A stretch of DNA of 64,000 bases from Trypanosoma brucei (lineage: Eukaryota): assembly GCA_000002445.1 (NCBI GenBank), contig CM000208.1:1952001-2016000 (forward strand), in the 5' to 3' direction. The notes under the pieces are model-generated. The model did no database searches and had not been told where the DNA came from. It was given only the letters and a program-made list of their open reading frames with translations. The position numbers and the translations under genes were made by a program. Below are positions 1-10,175 of this stretch, piece by piece (within the stretch, counting starts at the first letter, position 1; each line of letters begins with the position of its first letter).

Positions 1-2151
1 AAGATCAGTGACTGGAGGCGACACGCTGCTCACCACTGAGCCGCCATCACTGCTTCGAAGCGCAATATCAGGTGACGGCGAGAGACCGTCGACATCATTG
101 CCATCTGTATCTTCTCCAGGCGTGCAATCCGCGAAGAGACTTTTGCAGCCAACACTGCTGCTCTCCTGCGAGAGGTACTGCGAGATGGCGGCATTCGGGT
201 AGCGTCGCTGCATTTCCTTAACAACTGGGAGGTACGCCTGAGCTGCCACTGCAAGGGCCGCATCCGCGTAGCCCACCAGGCTTTGCCTCAATAATGCGTG
301 GTAGAGAGTAACGATAACTTCTGGTGGCACCGCGATCTTTAACGAGAGGCGACCCACCGTATTTGCAACGGCGAACTCACCACACCTGAGCCAGAAGAGC
401 ATCAAATGTGTGATGCCCTCGTTGATCATTAGCTGAATGGCCGAGGTGGGACCAACAGTGGGTGACCGGCTGGTTTGAGTGACATGCTCATTCGGACAGT
501 ACCTACAGTAACAGTGGAAATGCGCCCTCTGAGGCGTCATTGATGGAACACTGCCCGCAGGAAGGTGTGTCTGGCTGCAATATTCGCAGAGCAGCACTTG
601 ACGACCAGCGATTTTGTATGCGTGCATCGTCTGGTATGGGGCCGTATTTGGGTGGAGAACCGCAGAACATAGAGAGGGAGACTCTGTTTCTTCATTACCA
701 ACGTCGCACGAATGATGATTCGGTCGGGGCTCGTTGTACGCAAGCTCCGTAAAACAGTCGAAGGCAGCATTCGCTACTAAAGTGTTCAGTGCCTTGGTTG
801 CGAGTTTTATGAGAGGCGCAATAACCAGCGGGGCAATTTGTGATATATTCCCAGGTGATTCGTGGGCGACAGCAGCAATTACTCTGAACACCGCCAGCTG
901 GCTCTCCGCGCACGATGCCCGTGCAGCCAACGACACCGCTACCTCGACAACATCAAGGTCATGCACCCGCTTTTGCAGTGTGGCATCTTTCTCTAAGGCG
1001 CTGGTCGTGACCTGACATAGGAGCCGCTCCAGGCATTCAGAGTTGGGAATGAATGAAACGGCAACACGGAATGGCAAAATATCACTGCGCCCATAGGTGA
1101 ACACCGGGACGTGCAGCAGCAACCAACCAGCTGTTTCCACTATTCCTTGGCAGCAGGAGAGCAGCCGGAGTTGTTCCTCACCGAAGTCCCTCTGATGCAA
1201 CGCAACGGACGGGTCTCTCATGGAGGACTTCCCCATATCTATATGGTGCCTTCTTCCGTTGTCTAACACTGGCACAAGTTCGACTATAACACGGGCAGTT
1301 TCCACCACCAGCGGACCCAATTCACTCGGCAGAGCAATAGCCTGCGACAGGGCTAGGTCACGCGCCACAGTGAGTGACTTCCCTAGTAGTTCGACGTAGA
1401 GCGAAAGTATTGTAGTTTTTACCATCGGATCATAGTTTTCCAGCCACTGATTGAGCTCGTCCAGGACGTAATGGAAGACGTAGTGGATAAACCCCAGCGA
1501 GGCGCGGACAAATGCCACGCGGCCTTCTGATGAAACGTTTCCCCAATCCGAGCAGTACTGGATCAGGGGGTAGTATATAAGGGACGCCATCACAAGACCG
1601 TAGGGAGACCGCTGTTCCATCAGCCGAAAGCTCTCATCTATGCAGTCGAGGAGATCCCGGAGAGACATTCGATCGCTTGGGCTACAGTCCCCTCCCACAA
1701 GATGGGCACCGGCGAGCTCTTCAATCAGCTGCTGCGATGGCACCACCCGCACAACATGAGCGGCATTCGTCCACCCGCCATTTCCGAGCCTGTAATACGT
1801 TTCGGTAGGATCAATGCTTCCCCTTGCACTGGCAACGGCAACCATGAGACGGGCGGGGTACAAGGGACACAATACATGTGCGTTATTCCGTGGTCGGGTT
1901 CTCAGACAAACATCCATGTTGTCGTACGCGAGTATGGGGCTGCGTATGACCACCTGCGGTGTATCGAAAAGTTGCTCATCTATTTCCTGGCACTTCCGGC
2001 ACAGAGTGTAGCGGCATCCCTCCTGCGCACAGTGATACCACTCTGTCATGGATGGGTGAGCCGAGGCTTTGCAGATAGAGCACAGCAGACCCGCTACCGG
2101 GTTCGGGAATGCCTGCATGGGATGTTCCGGGTGGGAACCATGACGCAACAT
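1..2151 (-). CDS. ZZ-type zinc finger protein, partial (C-terminus lies beyond the window start)
   Basis: My own translation of the minus strand: one open frame of 717 aa or more runs from a TAA near 2508 off the window edge. The first in-frame ATG is at 2149-2151. The motif CSICKASAHPSMTEWYHCAQEGCRYTLCRKCQ fits the ZZ zinc-finger consensus, and a second Cys/His cluster lies downstream. The ORF track omits it because it has no in-window stop. Confidence 0.5.
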   Translation of the reverse strand, partial: MLRHGSHPEHPMQAFPNPVAGLLCSICKASAHPSMTEWYHCAQEGCRYTLCRKCQEIDEQLFDTPQVVIRSPILAYDNMDVCLRTRPRNNAHVLCPLYPARLMVAVASARGSIDPTETYYRLGNGGWTNAAHVVRVVPSQQLIEELAGAHLVGGDCSPSDRMSLRDLLDCIDESFRLMEQRSPYGLVMASLIYYPLIQYCSDWGNVSSEGRVAFVRASLGFIHYVFHYVLDELNQWLENYDPMVKTTILSLYVELLGKSLTVARDLALSQAIALPSELGPLVVETARVIVELVPVLDNGRRHHIDMGKSSMRDPSVALHQRDFGEEQLRLLSCCQGIVETAGWLLLHVPVFTYGRSDILPFRVAVSFIPNSECLERLLCQVTTSALEKDATLQKRVHDLDVVEVAVSLAARASCAESQLAVFRVIAAVAHESPGNISQIAPLVIAPLIKLATKALNTLVANAAFDCFTELAYNEPRPNHHSCDVGNEETESPSLCSAVLHPNTAPYQTMHAYKIAGRQVLLCEYCSQTHLPAGSVPSMTPQRAHFHCYCRYCPNEHVTQTSRSPTVGPTSAIQLMINEGITHLMLFWLRCGEFAVANTVGRLSLKIAVPPEVIVTLYHALLRQSLVGYADAALAVAAQAYLPVVKEMQRRYPNAAISQYLSQESSSVGCKSLFADCTPGEDTDGNDVDGLSPSPDIALRSSDGGSVVSSVSPPVTDL

Positions 2152-3248
2152 CGTTATATGTTCTGCTCTTTTTTGATCTATCGCAGCTACACGACTTAAA
2201 TTCCCTTGCTTGCAATAATGTGAGCACGGGAAGAACAAAGGGGATGTAAAAAGAATGGAGAAAGGTGAAACCTCCGCATCGTATTCACCCACTCCCGTTA
2301 TTTCGCCCCAGGGACTTCTTTCCTTTGAATTGTCTACAACATCGACAATTCCATCTTCTCCAGAAACGTAGGGAAACCAAAATAAAGTTTCCACGAGAGA
2401 AACGATTTCGCGTATCCTCGTAGTCCCGCACCCGCACCGATACAAGTGTGCAAGGGGGACTGTCGCAGCGCAACAAAGGGAAGGGTTAAAAAAAGGGGCG
2501 ACAAATTAACGGCAGTTTCCAGTGGCCAGAAGCTGCGCCGTCAAATAATCGTAGGCACAGCGTACAAAAATATATGTGCAGACACTGAAGAACCCATTGA
2601 TACAACAGATCGTACACATCGACAGTTCAGTGAAACCGCCTCCATGTTTCCCCCGCCATTTCTCAAAAAGATGTGCAGGTGACAATATTCTCACGGGGTG
2701 GGGTGAACAGCTGTGACTACGTGCTATCACGACCAAAAAGGGGAAAAACAAGGGGGGCGGGATGAGAGGAACAAACAAAGAGTAAGTGGAGAACATGGAC
2801 AGTTAAAAGTCCTTTTCCCTTTCCTCCACCCAAACACGCGAGGTAAGGAAGATGTTTCCGATGCGGCTACAGCAGACAAACCCACTGACCTCAGCCCCAC
2901 AGCGCAATGTTACCCTGGCTTGAATATTTCAGGTAAAGATGTTCCAACAACGGCACACTGCGTGCAAGAGATTTTCCGTTCCACTCCCAGGTGTCCATTC
3001 ACAGCACCTCCCAAGAAGACGCTAAGAGCGATCTCGATGAGAAAGTCCGAAAAGCACGGAGCAGGACATATGCCGCGGAGCGCCGACATAGCCAATATAT
3101 TGGAGAGCAAGAACATGTGCCGCAATTCGGAGGGAGATCTCGTGGATAGTGGCAAAAGGCCACACGGCGCCCTCCCTCCAAATGCCGAGAAGCGGGAACT
3201 GTATGCGTAGGTGTGTGCGTGTGAGGAAGGGAAAGAACATGGATACGC

Positions 3249-4406
3249 CTACAAGTCAAACAGCATTTCCTCCTCATTTTCACAAAATGTCAGGCCATAC
3301 CGATGTAGCAAGGAGGCGAAGATAACCGTCCACCCTCCGAAGAACACGCCCAACCAAATAAAGATAGCATAGGGAGTGAGGGGCTCAATCATGCAGCAAA
3401 GTGAACTCAGCACGCAGAGTTCCAATGATGCTTCCGCTACATATTGCAGTAGTCGACATGACGAGAAAAATGACCCTCTCATCTTGAACAGTAGGGAGGC
3501 AGAAAACAATGCACAGAAGCCGGACCAAAAGGGACCACCAATGAACACGGCGCCGTACACGTAAATTAAGCGGTGAGCCATCGTGAGCTGCAGCAGATAC
3601 TCATCACAGAGTTGCAAATTAACACACCAGCCCCCGAGGGTTGACAGTGAACCTATTATCCCATCCACAACGAGAGCATGAAGCACAAGACCTAAGTATC
3701 CTTCTGCAACGTACCTGCGGTGTCGAGAAGACAAACACCTTTCGTTAAATAGAAGCGTCATTTTGCTTCCACTACATGGGAGTGCACTGCTCAAAAACGT
3801 AAGCGTCGGGACTAGCAGCCATGCAGACAAGGTGAAGGCTCCGTGGTAAAGGAATGATTTTATCTTTTCCAGTGGCATCAACCTACCTTCTTCAAGTGGA
3901 AGCAGAACGTTCCAACATCCAGCCGTCAGCACCATACCGAACACCCAGGCAAAATGATAAACCAGAGTATATTTGATGCCGGAGGGGTAAAGCACATCTG
4001 CAAGGTACGAAACGACACTGTTTTTGTGAAAAGTTGACACCAACGTGCAGAGCGGGAGCAACGCCGCGTCCGCTAACGACATGTGAATGGCGCCGGTGCT
4101 TTTCAACCCAGTGGGTGCTCGCGACCTCGTGCACCTGGTCACACGGCCGAATGTGATGCGACCACGCTCCCGCCACAGAAAATGAAGCACGCCACGTAGA
4201 GTTCGTGCAACAACAAAACACGCCACTGCTGAGCCACTGACGGCATTCACCACCGTACCCTCGCCAGGACCCCATCCTATAAGATACGCCACGAGTCCTA
4301 TCGATACAACATACAGGGCAAGCGGTGGGTAGCGCAGGAGGGAAGAAAAGTTCCTCCCCGGGCAACTTCCAAACTCCGCCGTATCGCCTTGTGAGTTACC
4401 GAGCAT
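3249..4406 (-). CDS. Hypothetical multipass membrane protein
   Basis: 385-aa ORF; its first codon is a verified ATG (cat at 4404-4406). It has many hydrophobic predicted TM segments and no family I can name. Confidence 0.45.
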   Translation of the reverse strand: MLGNSQGDTAEFGSCPGRNFSSLLRYPPLALYVVSIGLVAYLIGWGPGEGTVVNAVSGSAVACFVVARTLRGVLHFLWRERGRITFGRVTRCTRSRAPTGLKSTGAIHMSLADAALLPLCTLVSTFHKNSVVSYLADVLYPSGIKYTLVYHFAWVFGMVLTAGCWNVLLPLEEGRLMPLEKIKSFLYHGAFTLSAWLLVPTLTFLSSALPCSGSKMTLLFNERCLSSRHRRYVAEGYLGLVLHALVVDGIIGSLSTLGGWCVNLQLCDEYLLQLTMAHRLIYVYGAVFIGGPFWSGFCALFSASLLFKMRGSFFSSCRLLQYVAEASLELCVLSSLCCMIEPLTPYAIFIWLGVFFGGWTVIFASLLHRYGLTFCENEEEMLFDL

Positions 4407-4762
4407 TGTTGAATCTGATACGTTGGTACGTGTGTGTGCTACACCGCCAATTCACCACGCCCTCCCTTACTTCAGTTGGGGGGGGGGGTGACGAAATGAT
4501 GTTTAGCCCACCTGTGGCTTCGTCTCTCCCAACTGACGTACAACACGCAGGAGGTATGTAGTTAAGATGACGCGCTGTAGAAAGACCGAAAGACCAAGGA
4601 ATGAAAAATAGAGAAATACAAATAACAGGGGTTAAGAGGTTTTTACAGCCAAAAATGGAGCAAAACAAAAAAAAGCAAGGAAAATGATGGCAGCACCAAC
4701 GATCACACGATGTTGCCGCATTGAAAGTATGGAATTACGTGTTCATAAATCGAGGACAAAAT

Positions 4763-5332
4763 TTACTTCCATACAAAAGTTCCCTGCGGTGTCTGTTCCC
4801 TAATGATTACCTCAGCTTGCCGCAACCGTTTAAACGCCATCGGGCCATATGGCTGCATGGAGGTGGGAAGTTCGCTAATATAAAACTGGATGTTGCGCCC
4901 CGGGATAGAGTGGACTAAATTGATGATGTTGTCCTCGACAGCGGCAGCGAAGGATGCACTTGCATCATTATCTCCCGGTGCCGGTGCCGCGCTATCCGAT
5001 GTTAAATCAGTGTGCTGCAGCACGCTGAGATCTTCCTCCTCCGCACAGTGGCGACGTATTCGGTGGAGTTTGCGCGGCACAGAAAACACGGGGTACCACC
5101 GTGGGGGCTCTTCTGGCCCGTCTATACGATCCACCGTGACCTGGCCGTGGAACTTCAGTTCACCCCACAGGACGCGTGTTACCTCCATTATTCGTTCTTT
5201 TCCAAAGTAACGATTGGCATAATAAACGGCCGTCATTCCTGGATCGCGGCGCACCGTATCGAGCAGTGTGGGCAGCGTTATTGCCCTCCGGCCGGGTTCC
5301 GATGCCCCGCGCAGTAATACGCTGGAAAACAT
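4763..5332 (-). CDS. Hypothetical protein
   Basis: 189-aa ORF with a verified ATG at its top, on the same strand as the neighbouring genes. No recognisable domain. Confidence 0.35.
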   Translation of the reverse strand: MFSSVLLRGASEPGRRAITLPTLLDTVRRDPGMTAVYYANRYFGKERIMEVTRVLWGELKFHGQVTVDRIDGPEEPPRWYPVFSVPRKLHRIRRHCAEEEDLSVLQHTDLTSDSAAPAPGDNDASASFAAAVEDNIINLVHSIPGRNIQFYISELPTSMQPYGPMAFKRLRQAEVIIREQTPQGTFVWK

Positions 5333-5965
5333 CTACAATTTTCCCGACATCGACGACATACGAAATCCAAGAGCAGAGGGGAGAGGAAAGACAGCACATA
5401 AGGGAATGGACGAAAAAAAAAATAAAACAATCCAGCTACGCCTTTTGCGTTACAACACAATCACTTCAATTACACACTCAACAATTGTGTTCTTCGGGGT
5501 AAACACACAAGACCCGCAAGACTAAGCAGAGGAAAACAAAAAGGAAACATCTACACAAATAAACCCACACACACCGATGTGAAAAATGCAGACGACTGTG
5601 AAAGTGAACCTCAACCCATCTTCCATTGGTAGTGTTTAGCAGTTGTGCAGAGGCGACTCGTTTCCGCAAACTAACTTACTGAGTTTCGCAACCTCCACCT
5701 CCTGCACCGGGGGTAAATATAAACGACATTAGCTCCGGTTTCTCCGGCAGCCTGCATGTATACGTTCCCCCTCTTTTTTTTCTATAGAGGTGCGTGCGAT
5801 ATTCTCCCTCCAAACAGCGGCAGCAACGGCCCAAAGCACGGTTCTATGACATCATGTGGTGATACTACCACTCTCTTCCTTGTTAGTTTCGATGCTCTAC
5901 GCAATACTCCGCGCCACGGGAGCATCGTCTACTTTCCCCCCGCGCGCACTGAAGAATTTGCACTC

Positions 5966-6565
5966 TTATCGCGTTTTTCCAAGTGTGACAGTAGCGCTCT
6001 TGAGTTGGGCTGTCAAAATGGCTAGCCTGGCGCGGACAGCACTGTAGCGGTAGCCAATCTGTTCCCGCACCACCTCCTCTGGCGAGGCGCGAAAGGGGAG
6101 GGATAAAACGTTGATAATTTTGTACTCTAAATTTTCTACAAACTCCATCTTAGCTGTTCCATCCGCCCCCACAACATATACCATTAAAAAGCGTTGGGGT
6201 TCTTTAATACAACGGTTGAGCATCTTCAAAAACGTCATGAGAAAGTCTGCAAAGTCACACACAAGACTCTGGTGTTCTCTCAGTCGCAAGAAGCCGACGT
6301 GATTGATGACACATGTCTGATGGAAGAAGAGGTCACATTCACTCGTTACCTCTACACGCAATGCCGTTAGAGTGTGATCGTCACCAAGTGTCAGTACCTT
6401 CACTTTCAAACCCTCTAGTGAGCCGTCACCGCTCCCGTCCGCTCCGCGTAACTCACAGGGAACCTCGCGGTCGTATACTACCCGAAAGCCATCGGCGATG
6501 GACGGATCCGATTGCTCAATCGCGCGGAAATCCTTTTCAAGCTGCGCAACGAGGGGGTCGCTCAT
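5966..6565 (-). CDS. SAS-6-like protein (SAS6 N-terminal head domain only, SAS6L-type)
   Basis: The track ORF extends to 6790 with a GTG start. The segment upstream of 6565 translates a polypyrimidine tract (FSLPFPLYSPL). An ATG at 6563-6565 follows a polyY tract and the AG in 'ccatAG'. The resulting 199-aa protein resembles the SAS-6 head domain: LVCDFADFLMTFLKMLNRC...PQRFLMVYV versus human LLVDFLAFPQKFIDLLQQC...PRFLLQLV, and DLFFHQTCVINHVGF versus DPFFLYNLVISEEDF. It has no long coiled-coil tail. Confidence 0.5.
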   Translation of the reverse strand: MSDPLVAQLEKDFRAIEQSDPSIADGFRVVYDREVPCELRGADGSGDGSLEGLKVKVLTLGDDHTLTALRVEVTSECDLFFHQTCVINHVGFLRLREHQSLVCDFADFLMTFLKMLNRCIKEPQRFLMVYVVGADGTAKMEFVENLEYKIINVLSLPFRASPEEVVREQIGYRYSAVRARLAILTAQLKSATVTLGKTR

Positions 6566-6910
6566 CACCAATTGAAGGAGGCAACCACTAACTATGGAAA
6601 GGGGTGAATAAAGAGGAAAAGGGAGAGAAAACTGGTAGTATATTTCTATGCGATCCATTCGGTGCGAGAACTTTAAAATTTTGTTTGAGGCATGATGGGT
6701 GGGGAATGAAGTGCCTTTCAAAAAAAAAAAAGTGCACGGCGCAAGAAAGGAAGGTTCCTGGGAAGTCCCCGCACGCACGTTTGGAGGCACACTGACTCAC
6801 GGCACAAACTATCATGATGAAGCTCAAATACGCGAAGTTCGGTTCGAGACACTCCCACTGTGTGTGTGCGTGTGTGTCCTATCAACCACACAACGCATTA
6901 AAGAAGGTTC

Positions 6911-7192
6911 CTATAGCCGATTTCCTTTCTGCACAGTCTGTTTGTTAAAATATACTTCTTCGATAATCTCCTGCTGACGTTTACAGTTTATACACGGCCC
7001 GTCCTTTGCCCGCTCATTGTTCCAACGACAAGTGAAGTAGAACCCACCAGCAGCGAAGAGGAGAGCGGCAGGCGCTAACCATTTGAGTGCACGTGGAGGG
7101 CTGCGGTGCGACACCAAATGTTCACCACGCGCTACGCTAGAGTAGGGATAATTACCTGCCACTACCTTTGTTGCATTTTCCTTCGTTCCCAT
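6911..7192 (-). CDS. Small hypothetical protein with one predicted TM helix
   Basis: The track ORF starts with GTG at 7237, and the first ATG is at 7190-7192, giving 93 aa starting MGTKENATKVVAGNYPYS. The upstream polyY tract is on the coding strand. Confidence 0.3.
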   Translation of the reverse strand: MGTKENATKVVAGNYPYSSVARGEHLVSHRSPPRALKWLAPAALLFAAGGFYFTCRWNNERAKDGPCINCKRQQEIIEEVYFNKQTVQKGNRL

Positions 7193-7619
7193 TCTGCTGG
7201 GAAGGGAAAGGAAAAATAAAAATAAAAACCAAGGCACCCCACCTGCGAGTAGCGTACCGTTCGACTAACTACAGCTCTGCTGCTACTTTCCGCGGCGTGA
7301 AGCAGTTATCAAAACGGGAAAAAGGTGGAGAATTGATGAGTAGAAGTAGAAAATAATGACAGCAATGCAACGTCTGTGGCGCAGGAGTGTGAAGGTGTGC
7401 ATTATCAACGCATTAGTCATTCCTTCCATCACATTCACACTTGGTGTTCACCATGTCTTTGTGAAAGGTGCCACCTTAAATTCCAAAGGTTCTTCTTTGT
7501 TATATCATTGTTTTTTTTCTGAGGGGGTATATTTCCCCTCTTTCCCTTTCCTTCTTTTAACCTCCGTTCCCCCCTCCTTCTGTGCAACACAATCTAAAAC
7601 CCCCCCAGTAATTGAATAG

Positions 7620-7644
7620 TATATATATATATATATATATATAT
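7620..7644. repeat. (TA)12 microsatellite
   Basis: atatatat... read directly in the intergenic region. Confidence 0.9.
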
Positions 7645-8243
7645 CTGTTTGATGGAAAAGAACAAAACTTCCCACCAATGTCCTCTCTTGTCCAAACGTC
7701 TCCCTTTTTTTTTTCTTGTCTCCAATGAGTTGGCAGTGACTCCACTAGTTAGTAAACATCCCAAGGATGCATACGCCCCTGCTTGGTAAAATCGGTTCCG
7801 ACCAGCACATTATTGCATTTGTAACATGAGGTGCAGACACCTTCTTTGTGCTTGCCGCCTCAGTCACTTCAATTCCTTCACAGTCGCGGCCGCACACACC
7901 CACGCACACGTACCCTCCACTCGAAATTGCACCGCCCCCGCGCATTCTCTTTTATTACGTGTCACGCAAATAAGGCATGCGAGACAGCAATCCTACGGTG
8001 AGGAATATATGTATATGTGCGGAGGCGTCTTCGCGGCCCCGCTTTCTTTAAATACATGTAAGTGTTACTTTACCCCGGAGGTGATTAGAGGTGACATGGA
8101 AGCAAGCCACTCCCGTCAACTTAACCCAGCACACGTGCAGCATTTTTGCTTTAATACCTCGCTCTGCCCTCCCTTCCCACCCTTCTCCTTGTTTCATACG
8201 ACTTTCTTTCCCTTTCCGTTTGCTTGGTACGCATGTTCTAACC

Positions 8244-9899
8244 CTACGCTACCTCAATGAGCGACGGTTCGTAGTCTGATGGAGCTTCAAAGCCCATTAG
8301 ATTGATGAATGTTGCCGTCACGTTGGCAAGGCCCGCACGCGGAAGGTCTGTCCGCATTTGCACACGGGGATCAAGACCAGCGCCTCCGATAAAAACAGGG
8401 ACGGGTGCAAGTGTGTGCGATGTGAGTGGCATGAGATTACCTTCAGCATCACGTACCGGTTTACCCTTCTTGTCGCGTTGCACCATATCATCTGAGTTTC
8501 CGTGGTCTGCAGTTATGAGGAACACGCCATTCACGGAGTCCACCGCCTCCTTCAACCGCTGGAGTGACTGGTCGACGGCTTCAAGTGACGTAATCGTTGC
8601 TTTAAGGTCACCGGTGTGGCCAACCATATCACCGTTGGGGTAGTTGATGCGGATCATATCGTACTTACCACTCTTTATTGCGTCGACGGCGGCATCAGTG
8701 ATCTCTTTGCTCTTCATGAGGGGCTTCTGGTTGAACTGCACGCGATCACTTGGAATCTCACAGAAGGTCTCACGCTCTTCGCTCAACTTGCCGCTGCGGT
8801 TGCCATTCCAAAAGTATGTGACATGACCAAACTTTTGTGTCTCGGAGAGGGCAAAGATGTTGCAGCCAGAACCAATGAGATACTCCTCGCTTGTCCGCGT
8901 GAGCTTAGGTGGGGGGACAAGAAAGTTGTTAGGAATACCCAAGTCACCATCGTAGCGCATCATGCCTGCATAGCGCACCTTGGGCAAGCGTACGCGATTG
9001 AACTTGTCGAATTCCTCTTCCTCGAAGGCGCGGGACATTTCGATCACACGGTCTCCACGGAAATTGAAACAGAGCACGGCATCGCCATCTTCAATGGTGC
9101 CAATGGGTCGGCCGTCGTCACCAGCGATGACAAATGGTGGGTAGTACTGGTCCGAGATGTTTGCATCTTCCTCACGGAATTTAGTGAGGGCCTCGCGGGC
9201 CGATTTGAAGGCGCGTCCCTCACCAAGCACCTGAGCACGCCAGCCCCGCTCAACGATCGACCAGTCCGCTTCGTAGCGGTCCATAGTCACAAACATACGA
9301 CCACCGCCACTCGCGATGCGGGCGTCGCAACCGCCCTCACGTAACTTCGCCAGGACTTCCTCGAGTTCGTCGGTGAACTTGAAGGAGGTCTTGTCAGGTA
9401 CATCACGGCCATCATACAGCGCGTGCACGCGAATGCGCTTGGCCCCATTAGCACCAGCGTGTTTAAGGATCTGATACACTTGGTTGTCGCGTGAGTGCAC
9501 ACCACCGTCGCTCAGTAAACCAATGAGGTGTAAGGTGCGTCCAGGTTGTGAGAAGGCGCCATGGAGGTAGCGGTATCCTTCGCTCGTGAATATTTCTCCA
9601 CTTTCCAGGGCGTCGTCGACAAGCGAAGCTCCTTGCAGGACCACACGACCGGCCCCAAGAGCGTTGTGACCGACCTCACTGTTTCCCATATCGGCATCAG
9701 TGGGGAGCCCGACAGCGGTGCCGTGAGCACAGATGGAGCGGAAGTGCTTGGGATCATTAAAGAGAGCATCCATGAGGGGCGTCTTGGCTACATGGACGGC
9801 ATCGTACTCATCACGGGGGCCAATACCAACACCGTCAAGAACGACTAGCACCAGTTTGCGGCGTGGGAGTGTCTTGTGAGCAGCAAGCGTGAGTGCCAT
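8244..9899 (-). CDS. iPGAM: 2,3-bisphosphoglycerate-independent (cofactor-independent) phosphoglycerate mutase
   Basis: The 553-aa track ORF starts with TTG, and the first ATG is at 9897-9899 (MALTLAAHK...). Conserved iPGM motifs are present: VLVVLDGVGIG, ADHGNSD and the metal-binding histidines. The length matches kinetoplastid and plant iPGAMs (about 550 aa). Confidence 0.9.
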   Translation of the reverse strand: MALTLAAHKTLPRRKLVLVVLDGVGIGPRDEYDAVHVAKTPLMDALFNDPKHFRSICAHGTAVGLPTDADMGNSEVGHNALGAGRVVLQGASLVDDALESGEIFTSEGYRYLHGAFSQPGRTLHLIGLLSDGGVHSRDNQVYQILKHAGANGAKRIRVHALYDGRDVPDKTSFKFTDELEEVLAKLREGGCDARIASGGGRMFVTMDRYEADWSIVERGWRAQVLGEGRAFKSAREALTKFREEDANISDQYYPPFVIAGDDGRPIGTIEDGDAVLCFNFRGDRVIEMSRAFEEEEFDKFNRVRLPKVRYAGMMRYDGDLGIPNNFLVPPPKLTRTSEEYLIGSGCNIFALSETQKFGHVTYFWNGNRSGKLSEERETFCEIPSDRVQFNQKPLMKSKEITDAAVDAIKSGKYDMIRINYPNGDMVGHTGDLKATITSLEAVDQSLQRLKEAVDSVNGVFLITADHGNSDDMVQRDKKGKPVRDAEGNLMPLTSHTLAPVPVFIGGAGLDPRVQMRTDLPRAGLANVTATFINLMGFEAPSDYEPSLIEVA

Positions 9900-10175
9900 T
9901 AGCAAAAATTTCTAACAAGAATAAAGAGATTAGTATGGCCGCTGTAGTAAATGCTGTGTTAGTTATGGGAAGGTTCACTCCTAAACAGGGGACACAAACA
10001 AAAAGAAAAGAAGCGGAAGGGGAATATCTATATTCGAAATGCATTCCCCTTTTCTTTCTCTTCGCGTGAATACAACGAAGGAACAACTTTCATCAGCGAT
10101 AACAAAAGCAGCAGTAGCATTAGACACAGTGACCTGTAGCCCCCCTTGAGTTCTCCACAACTCTAAGTGGACTAC

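Noticed and set aside
1702-2199. 165-aa plus-strand ORF and other short ORFs at 8-2230
   Set aside because: They overlap, on the opposite strand or in another frame, the long manually translated ZZ-finger gene, and they have no homology.
3892-4365. 157-aa minus-strand ORF nested in another frame of the 3249..4406 membrane-protein gene
   Set aside because: Alternative-frame ORF inside a longer, better-supported ORF. Its Cys/Arg/Trp-rich composition is typical of out-of-frame translation.
5966-6790. Track-annotated N-terminal extensions beginning with 'M' at many ORFs (e.g. 6790, 9905, 11303, 12614, 14142, 23946, 37791, 44515, 46686, 51745, 52332, 58771, 62518)
   Set aside because: The first codon is TTG, GTG or CTG (bacterial start table), which trypanosomatids do not use. 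Several extensions translate polypyrimidine tracts. The first ATG after a polyY/AG signal is used instead.
8616-9344. 242-aa plus-strand ORF (and the overlapping ORF at 8302..8643)
   Set aside because: It is entirely antisense to the well-supported iPGAM gene. Long antisense open frames are expected in GC-rich coding DNA. It has no polyY/AG context and no recognisable domain.
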